Below are positions 1 through 13,630 of a stretch of DNA of 64,000 nucleotides, piece by piece (the first letter of the stretch is position 1; each line of letters starts with the position of its first letter). Both the position numbers and the translations under genes were made by a program. Location: the NCBI RefSeq assembly GCF_006345805.1, contig NC_043000.1, positions 87,110,001-87,174,000 on the forward strand, in the 5' to 3' direction. Source of the DNA: Octopus sinensis. Lineage: Eukaryota. The notes under the pieces were generated by a model. That model made no database searches. It was not told the origin of the DNA and worked only from the letters and a program-made list of their open reading frames with translations.

Positions 1-285
1 AGACTATGAATTCATATTTATACCAATTATAATTGGAGCACTAGGTTTTGTTAGTAAATGCTTAAAGGAGAATCTGGATAAACTGGGATTTTCAGACAGA
101 GAAATTGACCGGCTAATTCGTACATTACAAGTGCAAATCTGTGAGTGGAACAATAAAAATATGCAAAACTTTTCTCAAGTTCCAAATGTGAATTTGTCTG
201 TGTTAACTACATCCAAAAAATGGATCTTTGTATCTTTGTTGGAAACCGGGTCCTTCCTCAGTGGGAGATTTATAATAACTAAAAA
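1..285 (+). mobile_element. 3' end of an RLE-type non-LTR retrotransposon (R4/NeSL-like), running off the window start
   Basis: Translates as DYEFIFIPIIIGALGFVSKCLKENLDKLGF, the IIGALG motif at the C-terminus of restriction-like endonuclease domains; followed by an A-rich end and (AC)n. Confidence 0.6.
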
Positions 286-297
286 ATAGAATACACA

Positions 298-333
<36 letters not shown>

Positions 334-1122
334 CATATCTTCTCATTCTCTCTGTGTCTATCTCTTCCTCTCTCTATCTTTATATCTATACATGCACACA
401 GATACACACACACACACATGATTATTAACTATTTTGTTTACCTTTGTTGGTTTTATTTTCAACGCCTACATTATTTATGTGGTGCCATTTCCTATTCACA
501 AATGTGATCTGTGATATTTATATACTGAATTCAAGTTTTTGTTTATGTTATAAGATTACTTCAGTTGTGAAAGGATCTGTATGGTATTGTCTGAATGTGA
601 TTTGGAATGGTAAGATGTTTTTTTATAGTCCCTGAATTTTTGTTACAAGAATACCATATGTGACTATAAAAAACAAATTTTAACTCTATACGTTTTTTTT
701 TCATGCAGTTAATGCTGTATTGCTAAATTTTTAGCCATTTCTGTCATGCTTATGATGTTTATTTTTGTGTGTGAAGCGTTTTTATATAACTTACAGACTT
801 TCGACGGGTAAGAAGGGAGATGAGAACGCTACTTCTCGCTTATGTCCTTGGTGCTGCTGTCGTTGTTATTGTATTCCTATAAAATCATATATTTCTTTGT
901 GTTATTTGCATTGTTTTCCAGTGTTTGTGCGAATATTTTGCAATCTTTGCAAGACACATTTATAGCTAGTCTAGAGCTCGCTTTGTAAATGTTTTAGGAA
1001 TATTCCATTTTAATCACGTCATGCACTGACTAAAGATTAAAGTCAAAGCACTGAAATTCATAAAAAAATTAAAAATCGCTTTCAATTCGATATTCTTTAC
1101 GGTTGTTGTCTATATATATATA

Positions 1123-1300
1123 GGGGTTGGAGAAAATAATAGAAATACATTAAAATTTCAAACAAATTAATTTTAATATGAGGTAGGACTGCCTTTAGTA
1201 GTAATTACAGCTTGAATTCTACGAGGTATGGACTCGTACAAAGTTTGAATTGTTTCCACAGGAATTTTTGTCCATTCTTCAGCTAAAACAGTCTCCAGTT
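1123..1300 (-). mobile_element. Tc1-like transposon terminal fragment
   Basis: Minus strand reads RRIQAVITTKGSPTSY*, a typical Tc1 transposase C-terminus; TA + ggggttggagaaaata TIR-like end; interrupted by a SINE. Confidence 0.6.
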
Positions 1301-1456
1301 GGGGGAGGGGGCCAGTCGAGTAGATCGACCCCAGTACTCACCTGGCACTTAATTTATTGACAAAGTCGACCTCGGCGGAATTTGAACTCAGAACGTAACG
1401 GCAGGCGAAATACCGCTAAGCATTTCACCCGGCGTGCTAACGAGTCTGCCAGCTCG
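1301..1456 (-). mobile_element. tRNA-derived SINE, family A (internally deleted)
   Basis: Matches the other family A copies: cgagctggcagactcgttagcacgccgg head, B box gagttcaaattcc, ggggtcgat core. Confidence 0.9.
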
Positions 1457-1789
1457 AGGCAATATTAAAAGGCACTTGGTTAAGATGCTACGCAATAAAA
1501 TCGAACCAAATTCGCGTTGATGTCAAGCTAACTAGTCAGTCATGATGCTTCATTTTTAAGCAAACACCAAAAGTAGTTTCTTTCAAACAATTTAGAAAGC
1601 TGATCACGTCACTCGAAATCGCGATAACAAACACTCTTATCTGCAACCCACAAAAACAATATAGACTTTCTGTCGCTCTCTTACTCAACTCCTCTCTCTC
1701 TTTCTCTTGCAAGACGCATGCGCACACATACGTTCATGCACACAATTTTCAGGCACGTGTACTTTTATTTAGCTTCATGTAACCATATG

Positions 1790-2095
1790 CATATCTATAT
1801 ACACGTGCATACGTACATACATACATACATACATACATACATACACACATACGTACACACACGCACATATAAACATATACTTATACATATACATATATGA
1901 GTATGTGTATGTGTGTCTATATATATGTGTGTGTGTATACATGTGTATTTATACACGCATGCATACTCACAGCCACACACATACACACATGTTCTTGCAT
2001 GCACGCATATTCGTTAATGCATGCATAAATATGTACATGCACATATATGTGTGTGTATGTATGTGCGCGCGTGCGTGTGCGTGCGTGTGTATGTT
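1790..2095. repeat. Mixed (TACA)n/(TG)n/(CA)n microsatellite
   Basis: Seen directly; explains the spurious YIHT/MYVC ORFs. Confidence 0.95.
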
Positions 2096-2284
2096 GTAAT
2101 ACGCATTTGCAGGCTAATGCGGACGCACATTTTGGCTGTGGTGTTTACACACGCTTGTATACACTTTCAAAAACATATGCAACCGATTAATTTAGTGAAA
2201 AATCGAAAACACTTTAGCTTTTAAATCAGGAGTTTCTGCAACATGAAGGTTTATCAATACAAAAGATGAAGTGGCATGCTGCTC

Positions 2285-2309
2285 CCTCCTCCTCCTCCTC
2301 CTCCTACTA

Positions 2310-2400
<91 letters not shown>

Positions 2401-2485
2401 AACCACCACCACCACCACTGCTGCTGCTGCTGCTTCCGCCGCTGCCACCTCTGCCACTGCCGCCGCCGCCGCCGCCACCACCACC

Positions 2486-2516
<31 letters not shown>

Positions 2517-2520
2517 GCAA
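2285..2520. repeat. Compound trinucleotide microsatellite (CCT-ACT-GCT-ACT-ACC-GCT-GCC-ACC-AAC)
   Basis: Seen directly. Confidence 0.95.
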
Positions 2521-2769
2521 TAGCCTCTGATGGTCAAAGGCAAGACATAAGAATAGAAATGCTGACACCCTTAAGATTCTATATGACAAATGTGACAATA
2601 ACTGCGAGAATAAGAATAGCAACAACAATACAACTAAAGTACTCTCTATAGTGAAAGAAACAAAACAAAAACAAAAAAAAGCTCAAAAATAATCTCCAAG
2701 ACTCAAACTTTTAAATAAATTTACAAAAACAAATGGGCCTTAAATAACAAGTGCAGCGACTCTCAGACA

Positions 2770-3045
2770 TCCTCCTCCTCGCCCTCCTCCTCCGCCTTAT
2801 TGTCATCATCATCACCACTACCGCCGTCGTCGCCACAACCATCGCCACCGTCGTTATCATCATCGTCATCATCGACGTCGTCGTCATCATCATCATCATC
2901 ATCTTAACCCCGACCACAAAACTCAATAACGAATTTCTAGACCACCACTAGCACCACCAGCACCAGCACCACCAGCACCAGCACCACCAGCACCAGCACC
3001 AGCACCAGCAGCACCGCCAGCAACAGCAGCAGCAGCAGCACCACC

Positions 3046-3083
<38 letters not shown>

Positions 3084-3120
3084 CAGCAGCAGCAGCAGCA
3101 GCAACAACAACAAAACAAAC
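2770..3120. repeat. Degenerate compound triplet/hexamer repeats (ATC, GTC, CACCAG, CAG, CAA)
   Basis: Seen directly. Confidence 0.9.
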
Positions 3121-4544
3121 AGCAATTTCCCTAACACGATTTGAATAAAGAACCCCGATATAATCATTTCCTCAAAGAAATTCGTTACGAAGGAACTGAA
3201 GGAAAAGAAAATCACATATAACAGTTGGCACCACCACCACCATCATTATTACTACGACCGCTACTATGACAACCATCACCACCTCCACCATTGCCACATC
3301 TCATAAAAAGAACAACAGCAACCCAACAAACATGATAATGCCATCAACTATAGCAAAACAGGCAAAACCGAGGTTGAGGCGGGGGCGAAATAACATATTT
3401 CCTTCCATTTGTACTTAAATGGGAATAAAAATTTCCATGAGTAAAATAAAAATAACAAAAATATATAACATTTTTTTTAAATGCGAAAAATACTCCAAAG
3501 CCAACATAAAATGAATTGAACTTTTATGAAGGCAGCATTATTTTTTTCTAAACATAAGTGATATGTATTAGAGATTTGTTAAGTAGGACAAGCCAAGAGA
3601 TGAAAAAAAAAAAAAACCCAAAAACTATTTGAAGTATTTCAGATGAAAGATGTCAGCTTTGTGTTTTTGTTGTTTTCACACCTTCAGCACTTTCAAGCTA
3701 ATCATTCTCCTTCGCCTCTGAGTTGAAGAATGATCAGAAGCAAAGCTATGAATAAAGAAAAAGACTTTTAGTAGCGTATTCAAAGGCAGAACAACTGTGA
3801 TCTTTGTAAGATTTCCAAAAATGGTAGAAATAAGTGGGCAAGGATAGGTTATCTTTTGACTTGAAGCCCGGTTCAAATGCTTGCAACACCTTTAAAGGCA
3901 CCCAAGATTCTCGTGGTAGAAGTGATAAAGTGTGGAATAGTCTAAGTCTAATACACATGGACAGGAACTATCACCACCGACTGGCTTCCAAATAGTTACC
4001 ATCTACTGAGTTTCACTGACTAACGTGTAGAGGACTTCAGGTTGTAGTAGAAGACATCTGAAATTGGTGCCGTGTAGTGGGTTAGAACAAAATATCATGT
4101 TACTGTGAAGTGTGCTTCTTAACTTATACAACCATGTTTATGTACCCAAGGCCATGCCAGGGTGAAATAAGAATGATGGGAAGATACTTATGAGCTGTAT
4201 TGGCCATCGGGTTTCCATTCACAGTTGGAACAGTTTACATTTCGCTCATGATACCATAAATTTTCTTGAAAATTTGAACACCATGACTTACATCGACTCT
4301 CTCATAATTTATCTTCAACTGGAGAAGGCAACAAATAGTAGCTAAAGACTACTCTTTCCCACCTCTTGTATATCGTAAAAATGTAATAGCAAATTGAGTT
4401 CCGAAATATATTAATTAGGACGTTTAGCGTATACAAACTAGAGTAAATCCGTTTTTGAATCTAGAACGCTTTATCGCTGTTTCTGGTCGGTATTAATGCA
4501 TGATTTTATTGTTAATAACACATTTATATTTAAGTCAATGTGGG

Positions 4545-4765
4545 AACCTCGGAGCTGTCACTCGATCTGATAGAAATAACGACCAAATCTTCTTCTAAAT
4601 CACAGCCAACGTCTTAAAGAAATAGAAGCAGTCATGTGTTTCCAGGATAATGTAGTCGTAGATACACATGACAGCTTGGAAAACAGACAAGATAATCATA
4701 GCTTAACGTCATTGATCGTAGTTCGGCTTAAACAGGTTTGATGGGCTAAATAAAAACATCAAAAT
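4545..4765 (+). mobile_element. Degenerate 3' part of a dispersed SINE-like repeat (family E)
   Basis: gatagaaataacgaccaaatc...ggataatgtagtc...gggctaaataaaaaca; similar to reverse-strand copies near 38870-39025 and 40895-41100. Confidence 0.45.
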
Positions 4766-4931
4766 AGCATAAACAATAAAACAACAAAACAAAACAGCAT
4801 AAACAACAAAACATAAACAACATCAATAGATGCAATAATGTACTGTATCCTACACAAGCGATACATCTGTCTAATTCATAAATCGTGAAATTTAAATGAA
4901 AATAATCAATATAACAAACATCTCATATGGA

Positions 4932-4995
4932 GATTAAAGATAAATTTGATTAAAGATACATTTGATTAAAGATAAATTTGATTAAAGATAAATTT
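4932..4995. repeat. 16-bp minisatellite (gattaaagataaattt) x4
   Basis: Seen directly. Confidence 0.95.
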
Positions 4996-5517
4996 GTTAA
5001 ATTCTATTCATGTGGCACTCGGAGAACAGTGAGAAACCGAACAATAACGAATCTATTTTAATATCTTCAAGCAGATTTGAACCTGACTATGCTGATCGCT
5101 TTTCTTTTTCGCCATCGGAGAGCACCTGCCTTCAGACGATGTGTATTTATAACACGCATAAATCATTGATGTAAGGCAATTTTGAGATCTATTGATGCAG
5201 GGCAGTGTTTCGATCTATTATGCGTTTCTTCAGTCAAAATTACCCCACCAGAGAGTGAAAACAGCAAATAATTTGTTTGCTAATTCCCATAAACAAGAAC
5301 TCATGCGCATGCTAGATTCATAGGTTCAGCGAGAAAAGTCTGACTGAGGAGACACTCAATGAGGCCGAAATGTCGTGGTGTCCTCTTACACTATGCTTTA
5401 TGAACATAAAAGAGGCGGCGTTCTCCGATTAGATATTCACATTTGAAAACTGCCAGTATATATCAAGAAGGAATCGATACGCTATTGGTTAACTTCTATG
5501 ATTTTTGTGCAGTAGAA

Positions 5518-5751
5518 CTGCGATTCTCAACCATTTGGTGCCTATGGAACCTTTTTGAGTACCCGGGTGGATCCTCAAAGTCATTCAATGCTTAAAAAAT
5601 TAAATGTTATTAGGAAGGAGTTGTATAAAAAATGTTGAAATATTCTATGTATTGTAAAAGTAAAACTCCTTTATTGCACATACATTTTAGCAACAAAATC
5701 TTATGTAGGGCCCCTAAGGGTCATATGGACAACCCCAGCTGAGAACCACTA
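5518..5751. mobile_element. hAT-like MITE
   Basis: Imperfect TIRs ctgcgattctcaacc / agctgagaaccacta resembling the CAGTGGTTCTCAACC type; no clean 8-bp TSD. Confidence 0.5.
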
Positions 5752-5821
5752 CAATCAGGACTCAAAGCAGAGACTGAAAGGCTTTTAATTGAAGCACAAG
5801 ATCAAAGCTTTTCCACCAGAT

Positions 5822-5982
5822 TAGATCAACCCCAGTATGCAACTGGTACTTAATTTATCGACCCCAAAAGGATGAAAGGCAAAGTCGACTTCGGCAGAAT
5901 TTGAACTCAGAACGTAAAGACAGACGAAATACCGCTAAGCATTTCGCCCGGCGTGCTAACGTTTCTGCCAGCTCCCTGCCTT
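5822..5982 (-). mobile_element. SINE family A
   Basis: Head and core match other copies; abuts (AAT)n. Confidence 0.92.
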
Positions 5983-6023
<41 letters not shown>

Positions 6024-6025
<2 letters not shown>

Positions 6026-6800
6026 GACATCACTACCGACAGTAACAAATGCAGAATGTGTTGTGAGGTGGGGTGAAACGGTATGGCACTTCGTTAACGA
6101 ATGCCCGAAATTGGCACAACGGGATTACAAACAACGTCATGACAATGCGGCAAGAATGATCCATTGGGAGCTCTGTGGAAATCACGGCCTACAAAGAGCA
6201 AAACCGTGGAATGAACAAACCCTAGATGGAGTTATCGAAAATGAGAACTGCAAAATCATGTGGGATGTAATGATCCAGTGCGATCACCTGACCAGACATT
6301 GTTGTGGTGCATAAGAAAGAAAGATATAGTAATCTTTAGGAGGGACAAACAAGAGTGTCACTTAATCAACCCTCTTGCTCCTCTTCCTGCTCCACCTCTT
6401 GCTCCTCTTCCTCCCCTGCTCCTCCCCTATCCCCCCCTCCCCTCCCTTCCCCTGTCCCTCAGGAGACCAGGAGACCCGAGAATTGAAATCGCTAAGATGT
6501 GGCAGCTACGAGGGTCAAACATTAAGGTTATCTCTATTGTTATCGGAGCATTGGATTCAATACCACCCAATCAGAAAAAAAAAAACATCTGAAAACTTTA
6601 GAAATACCCTACAATCTAGATGTATTGCAAAAGTCAGCATTACTTGGAACTGCATGCATATTGCCTAAAGTACTGTCTGTCTGAGGTCTTTGTTGTGACT
6701 TGACAAACAGTACAATATCTTCAATCAACAAAATCTTCAATCAACAATATCTTCAATCAATAACCTCACGATATTGTATACTGTGCGACGTCTAAAATAA
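6024..6800 (+). mobile_element. R4/Dong-like non-LTR retrotransposon, 5'-truncated and decayed
   Basis: CCHC zinc knuckle (CRMC..ETVWHFVNECPKLAQRDYKQRHD), RLE motifs (KDIVI..ECHLI, IVIGALD), 3' UTR; flanked by (TAA)n on both sides. Confidence 0.85.
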
Positions 6801-8599
6801 GAATAATAATTATAATAATTATAATGGTAATAATAATGAATCCTATTTTTGTAAACCTTAACCATCCCCAAAGGGCATAAAATGTATTCGTGTTTACTTG
6901 AAATTTGGTATGGCGTTATGTGTTAAGGCTAATTATTTTTTCGATTGATTTGAAGGTAATGTTTGCAATAAGGTCTGAGAAATACATTACTAGAAATATG
7001 TTTTGTTATCGCCGTTGTTGTAGTAGTCGGTATTCTTGTTGCTTAGCTTTTCCTTTTCCACATGATAGGCTGTGCCTTGACAGATTTGATCCAAGTTTTC
7101 ACTAAATCAAGCAACCATACAAAATCGTTCTTGTTGACTCATGGAATTGTCGTTGTTGTTGCAGTTGGAATTCAGTTGCGTTTTGCGGAATATGGCTGGA
7201 TGATAATATTGTGTGGTCAGTGTAGTGTACTTGGTATACATCAAGTACAGTTGTTAGGATATCATGCATATATATGACAAAATGACAAATAAAACATGAT
7301 AACGTAGAATCGTTTGGACTTTGCTTTGAAATCATTTGTTCTGCAAAGTCTGTAGGTGAATAACCATGTAATCTAGCACATTCAAAAGAAAAGAATTTGC
7401 CCTGTGAAACATTCTATAGTTTCTCATTCTTTTGTTCGTACTCTTTCAGAAATTGATAAATATTTGTAAGAAAAGTTGTAAATTCGTAAATTCGTAATCA
7501 ATAAAACAATAGGATTCTAATGTGTTTCAAAGGGAGTAAATAGGAAGGTTATATAGCTAAGGAGAAGCACCAAAACAATCGAAGGAGTGAGGGTATCAGC
7601 GGAATTGATGGGAAGAATAGAAATCTGTGCTGGATGCCATCACGTTTTGAATTCGATTAGCCGAATTTGCCTTTCATTACCTTCTTTCTCACTGCCATCA
7701 CAAAATCTTCCTAAAGATGTGCAAACTTCATAAGATAATTAACTTATACAATAATCGTCTGTGTGTCATACTTAACGTAAATACATTATTGAAAGACACT
7801 TAAAGTAGCCATCCATGTATCATACTTATTCTATATGCACCGTTGAAAGGCAATTAAAGTAGTCATCTGTGTATCACAGTTGACATATACACACCATCGA
7901 AAGGCAGCTACACTTAGAAACTACAGTTTTTAAATTAAGAAGGAACTTGGCATTTTTTCTAGATAGAATTTATTTGTTATTATTGCACGTTTTATTACCA
8001 GATTTTCTGTTTTCTTACATTCCCTTCTTATTATGTTCTAAGGATTGAGTTCAATTGTTTATTAGTTGATTCAATAAATGTTTGTAATTAGTTATTTTTA
8101 GTATCGTTATTTATTTTCTTAATACATTAACTATCCGTTAATTTATTTATTTTGTTTTTATAATATTAAAAACAAAGCTTTGTGTTCGATTTCCAATTTT
8201 TTTTCTATCTTTCAAAAGAAAATATTACGTTAGAGTATTCTCACGTGATTATTTTTTCAGCATTTTCCGATATTATCACATTTCTATGACACCATTATAA
8301 AATATCGAGTTGTCCGTGGACCTTATACACTATTTCCTTCTTTCGACAGTAAAGGCGTTAGTAAATAAATGTGATTTAACACTTGTTCAGACTCAACACA
8401 TTCTTGCCGTATTTGACGAATATATCCGTTGCTTGAATCTGTGAACTTAACTTAAAACGTCACTCTTGAAGAAAACTGTTGTCATATATTTTAGTTGTTT
8501 TAAGATGAAATGATTTATTTTCTCATTCAGTTTAACACTTTGTAGCAATTTTCCTCTTTCCTTTTAACTGGGAAAAATAATGTTATATAATTTAGGCGG

Positions 8600-8969
8600 C
8601 GGGGCAGCAATTTTTAGGGGAGAGAGTTTGTCAATACTATCGGCCCCAGTACTTGATTGGTACTTTATTTTATCGACTACGAATGAAAGGCAAAGTTGAT
8701 TCCGGCAGGTCGCCAGACACTTTTTCCAACGCTTTATCGATTCTACCAACCGACTGCCCAGACTGTGATAATAATAATGGTTTCAAAGTTTGGCACAAGG
8801 ACAGCTAATTCATGGGAGGGATTACATCAAGGCCAGTGCTCAATTGGTACTTATTTTATCAACCCTGAAAGGATAAAGTCGACCTTGGCGGAATTTGAAC
8901 TCAGAACGTAAGGACAGACAAAGTGCTGCTAAGCATTTTGCTCGGAGATTCTGCCAGCTTGCCACCTTA
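8600..8969 (-). mobile_element. Two adjacent SINE family A copies (partial 8600-8715; near full 8778-8969)
   Basis: Both match the family A core and tail. Confidence 0.8.
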
Positions 8970-9319
8970 CACTGTGATGATAATAATGGTAATGGCAAAG
9001 CGAATGACAATAGTGATGATGATAGTAATGACGACGATGACAACCACGATGACGATGACGATGACGAAGTGAGTTTCCATCTTTGATTCAAGGCTATAAA
9101 TTTGTCGAGAGACAATGTATAATCTCCCTCTATAAATATGTATAATTCGTTCGATACCATTATAAATCTGGTACTAATGATCAAGTGATAAATGAAGATC
9201 GATTCAATTAATTATAGCAACGCCATTACAAATATGTGACAGTAATTAATTAATACCATATCATTATCCTTCTTCTCATTGCTATCAATCTAGTATATGC
9301 TAATTTAGTGAGCAGTAAT

Positions 9320-11070
9320 ATTATCTTGAAGTTTGGTGTCAACAAGTCTCCTCAGATCTGAAGAACTTTTCTTAAGATTCTTGCAGAATATATGAAGGTA
9401 CTTTTCTGGAGGTCAACAATGCGAGACTCAACTCCAATATCTTTCAGTCTTTTAGGTAGCATTTTGGGTGTTATATTAAGCGCATCAATTACTATAAACA
9501 TTATTGTTGCCTTAGTCTTCCACAGTCTTTTTAGCTCTCTGGCTAGATAATGATATTTTTCAGTTTTTAAAATTTCTTTGGTATTGGCTCTGCTATCACA
9601 AGGAATTGCAAAGTCTGTGACCTTACGCTATTTGTTTATTTTGACCTCTATGATCACACCCGGTTTTCTTCCTTCAATAGTATAGCCATTCAGTTTGGGG
9701 AAGTCCCATAAGTACCTATAATTCTCATTTTCTATCACACCCATTGGTTCGTGTCCATAGCTTCCTGTTATTTCGAAGCTACACACTCAGTAAGCATCCC
9801 AATGCACTCTTTTAATTACACAGTCATGCTTGTGCTTATATTCTTTTCGTGCTAGCATACTGCACTCTCCCAAGAGATGATTGGTCCTTTCGACTCCTTT
9901 CCTGCAGAATCTACATTTGCTATTTAGCTGAGTTTTGTCAAACTTTGCCTTTATCAGATTTTCTTTCTAGTGGCATGCTCCTGAGCGGCTATAATTAGCA
10001 CTTCGGTCTCCCGTTTTAGGTTTCCGTCCGTCAGCCATAGCCAGCATTATTTGCTTCCAACATTCTTGGTGTGTTGCATCAATTGGCCATGCAATTCCAT
10101 GTCTTTTCCTTTGCTTGCTCTGTTGTTCTTCCTTATCTTTTTGGATTCTCCTAGTGTTCTTTCTTCACTCTGCACAACTATTTTCAATCCCCAATATCAT
10201 AATACTAGCGGTGTCTTCTGCGCTTAGTAATCCCCCTCTTCCTCCTCCCCCTTCCTTTCTTGGTAAGTAGAGCATGTCGGTATTACTTCTATGGTGGTAT
10301 GCCTTGGGAATTGTGAGCAACTTTCTAGTTCTATCCAAGTTCTGTAGCTCGACCTTTGCCCATTTCAGAAAGGGATTAGTGTGTCTTAATACTGGCATTG
10401 TCCATATTTATTGCTTTAATGATATTCCCATAATTTACTTTAGTTTCGTGCACCTTCCTAATTCTATCGAACTTCTACAGGCATTTTATCTCTCATTTCT
10501 CCTTTCATTATACTATTGTCTTGCAGCAACATGAGGTATTTGTATTCTCATTATTCCGCAACGATCTAATGATGTTACTATTAGATTTTATCTTCTAGTC
10601 TCTCTTCAAAGTTATTAGAGTGCCCTTATTTACTCCAAACTGCATTCCAGTATCCTTGGTGAATACTCTTACTGTTTGATTCAGAGAATCCAGGTCATCT
10701 ATATAAAGCAGGTGATTTATTTTCGCCTAGATTTTGGTAAACTCATAGGCACGCCTGGATTTTCTCAGTATACATGTCAGATGGATTAACGACATGACGA
10801 AGAGCAGCAGAGAGTGTGAGTCTCCGTAGAAAATTGCACTGCGCATTTCATATTTCCTAGCGGTTCATTTGCGTTTATTAGTTCTACTTCCCACACTTAC
10901 ATTACTTTTTCTAAACAGCTGTTTATATTCTCATTGACTCCAAGTGTCTTCAATCACTCAATGAACCAGCTGTGGAACATCGTCGTAAGCCTTCTTGTAA
11001 TCTATCGAGTCAACTGCTAACTTCTTTCCTACGCGTACCTTATCTAAGATCTTCTCATTCATATACAATA
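9320..11070 (-). mobile_element. R4/Dong-like non-LTR retrotransposon, 5'-truncated, decayed
   Basis: IDYKKAYD, INHLLYIDDL (RT), HHRSNTDMLYLPRKEGG (thumb), CCHC and RLE regions, 3' UTR ctgaggagacttgttgac; 5' junction in (GAA)n. Confidence 0.9.
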
Positions 11071-11071
11071 G

Positions 11072-11212
11072 TTCTTCTTCTTCTTCTTCTTCTTCTTCTT
11101 CTTCTTCTTCTTCTTCTTCTTCTTCTTCTTCTTCTTCTCTTCTTCTTCTTCTTCTTCTTCTTCTTCTTGTTATTATTATTATTATTATTATTATTTTATT
11201 ATTATTATTATT
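11072..11212. repeat. (TTC)n(TTA)n microsatellite
   Basis: Seen directly. Confidence 0.97.
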
Positions 11213-11764
11213 AGTCCCACTTTGCCCATCCCACCGACTTTGCCCGTTGTTTTACAAGTGTATTTGACAGAATCTTTCCTCATTTTGGTCTTATCTTACT
11301 TTGTGGTTGTTTTTGAACATTACTGGGATTAGGTAAGAAGATCGTTTTCAAAAAATATATGCCATCTGATACTGCAGCAAAATATGGCTTCTTCTTTCAT
11401 TGGATCTGCATCTTAGATAACTGTAAACTAAATAATCACCAAAGTAAAGAAAACGAACTGTAAAGCAAATTAATAAACACATAAACAAATAACAGAAAAG
11501 GAAAAAGCACAGCATAATGAATAACACGCTTGATAACAACAACAACAACAGCGACTACGACAGCAACAACAACAAGAATTCGCTCGATACCATTATATAT
11601 CTGGTACTATTGTTCAAGTATTATCTGAAGAACGATTCAATTAATTAAAACCAGCCATTACAAATATGTGACTGTAATTAACACCATATTCATCATTTGC
11701 AGTATCTTCACTGTTATCAACATTATATGTATCCTGTAAAACCACCTGCACCACCACCACCACC

Positions 11765-11812
<48 letters not shown>

Positions 11813-13228
11813 TATAGCAGTATTTACTGCGTCAGGTTTAAGCATAAATAACGAAAAGCTATCTTTTGCAAAAGTTCTTTTAAACAAAAACTCTTGATAT
11901 GGAATATTTTACTGAAAGATCGTAACCATAGAATCCTTTCGTAGATAAGCCAGCCTACCACAATCCATCACTGAGGCAAGCGTTAGGAGCGCAACATACC
12001 TGTGTTTTGTCAAAACCAAAGGAAGTTTCTTGTTACATCCAAGCAAGAGTTGAGAATAGCCCTGGCGTTTATATAATATTAAGACAGAAAGAGAGAAAGA
12101 GAGAGATGGAGAGAAAAAGGAAGAGAGTGAGAAAGGAAGAAAGAAAGAGGGAGAAAAGGGAAAGAAAAGAGGATTTATGAAGCTTAAGTATCATCTTTAA
12201 AACAAGAGATGGGGAGGAATCGCAAGTCCAAATTTTACGCGACACACCTGCCCACAAGTCGGTTCCATAGCATGTGGGAAAAGAAGGGCACTAGCTTGTC
12301 AGGAACTTCGGTGACGATCCAGAGTGTGTGAATCCTTAAATGTCCACTTTAACTCAAGAATTTCACATGGAAGACTTTGAAATCTACAGCTATGAGCACT
12401 ACAAGAAGAAAACAGATTGGCCGATAAACCAAGGAAGAAGACAATCCTGTTCAACGCAACTGGTTGTTCCAATTTGTATATCGATATCTTGCGTGTGCTG
12501 CCGTACTTTTTAAAAAAATTATTCCGTACAAATATTTATATTTTTTAAACTTTTAATTCGTCTTCCAACCATCCTTTGTCTTTGTATAACTTATCCATCC
12601 CACCATATATATCTTTGTAACGTTTCTTTGTTGTTTTCCTACGTCTTTGAGCCCTTGCGGCTAATGAAGAAAATACTATAATTACTTTTATAATTACTAT
12701 TAGAATGTTATCACTATATGATTGGTAACTTTGGAAGTATACTTTTGACATCATGAACCATATAATAAAATATGACATATATATATATTATATATACAGT
12801 AATTTATCATATTTCTTCGTACTTAAACAAAATGATGAATTGAATACTAATTTTCAAAAGAAAAATATTACCTTAAAATGGTAGTAAATTTCTTATTAGT
12901 ATAAATATTCTGTCACTTAATCAACCCTCTTGCTCCTCTTCCTGCTCCACCTCTTGCTCCTCTTCATCCCCTGCTCCTCCCCTATCCCTCCCCCCTTCCC
13001 CTGTCCCTCCTCTTCCCATGCCCCTCCTCCTCTCAATTTTACTAATTGTCTGCCTCCAAGTTTATGTTACCTCTCTTTCTCTATTCTCTCTCTCTTCCTC
13101 TTCAATCGATCAACCAACCAAAATTTATATGTTACTATTATATAGAGATCATCATCGTCGTCGTCATCATCATCATCATCATCATCATTATCATCATCAT
13201 CATCATCATCGTTATTATTATTATTATT

Positions 13229-13452
13229 AAGACGGCGAGCTGGCAGGATTGTTAGCACACCGGGCAAAATTCTTAGCGGCATTTCGTCCGTCGCTACGTT
13301 CTGAGTTCAAATTCCGCCGACGTCGACTTTGCTTTTCATCCTTTCGGGGTCGATAAATTAAGTACCAGTGAAACACTGGAGTTGATGTAATTGACTAGCC
13401 CCCATTCCCCAGAATTTATTTCAGGCCTTGTGCCTTTAGTAGAAAGGATTAT
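13229..13452 (+). mobile_element. SINE family A (tail type 1)
   Basis: Full head, core and ggccttgtgcctttagtagaaaggatt tail. Confidence 0.93.
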
Positions 13453-13454
13453 TT

Positions 13455-13486
<32 letters not shown>

Positions 13487-13630
13487 CTTCTTCTTCTTCT
13501 TCTTCTTCTTCTTCTTCTTCTTCTTCTTCTTCTTCTTCTTCTTCTTCTTTCTTCTTCTTCTTCTTCTTCTTCTTCTTCTTCTTCTCTTCTTCTTCTTCTT
13601 CTTCTTCTTCTTCTTCTTCTTCTTCTTCTT
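13455..13630. repeat. (TTG)n(TTC)n microsatellite
   Basis: Seen directly. Confidence 0.97.

Noticed and set aside
1718-3215. Many ORFs with homopolymeric or dipeptide translations, here and throughout the window (poly-L, poly-P, YIHT, IYIY, CVCV)
   Set aside because: They are translations of microsatellites; no coding complexity or splice support.
3676-3958. Two overlapping short non-repetitive ORFs
   Set aside because: No recognisable motif or clear splice sites; consistent with chance.
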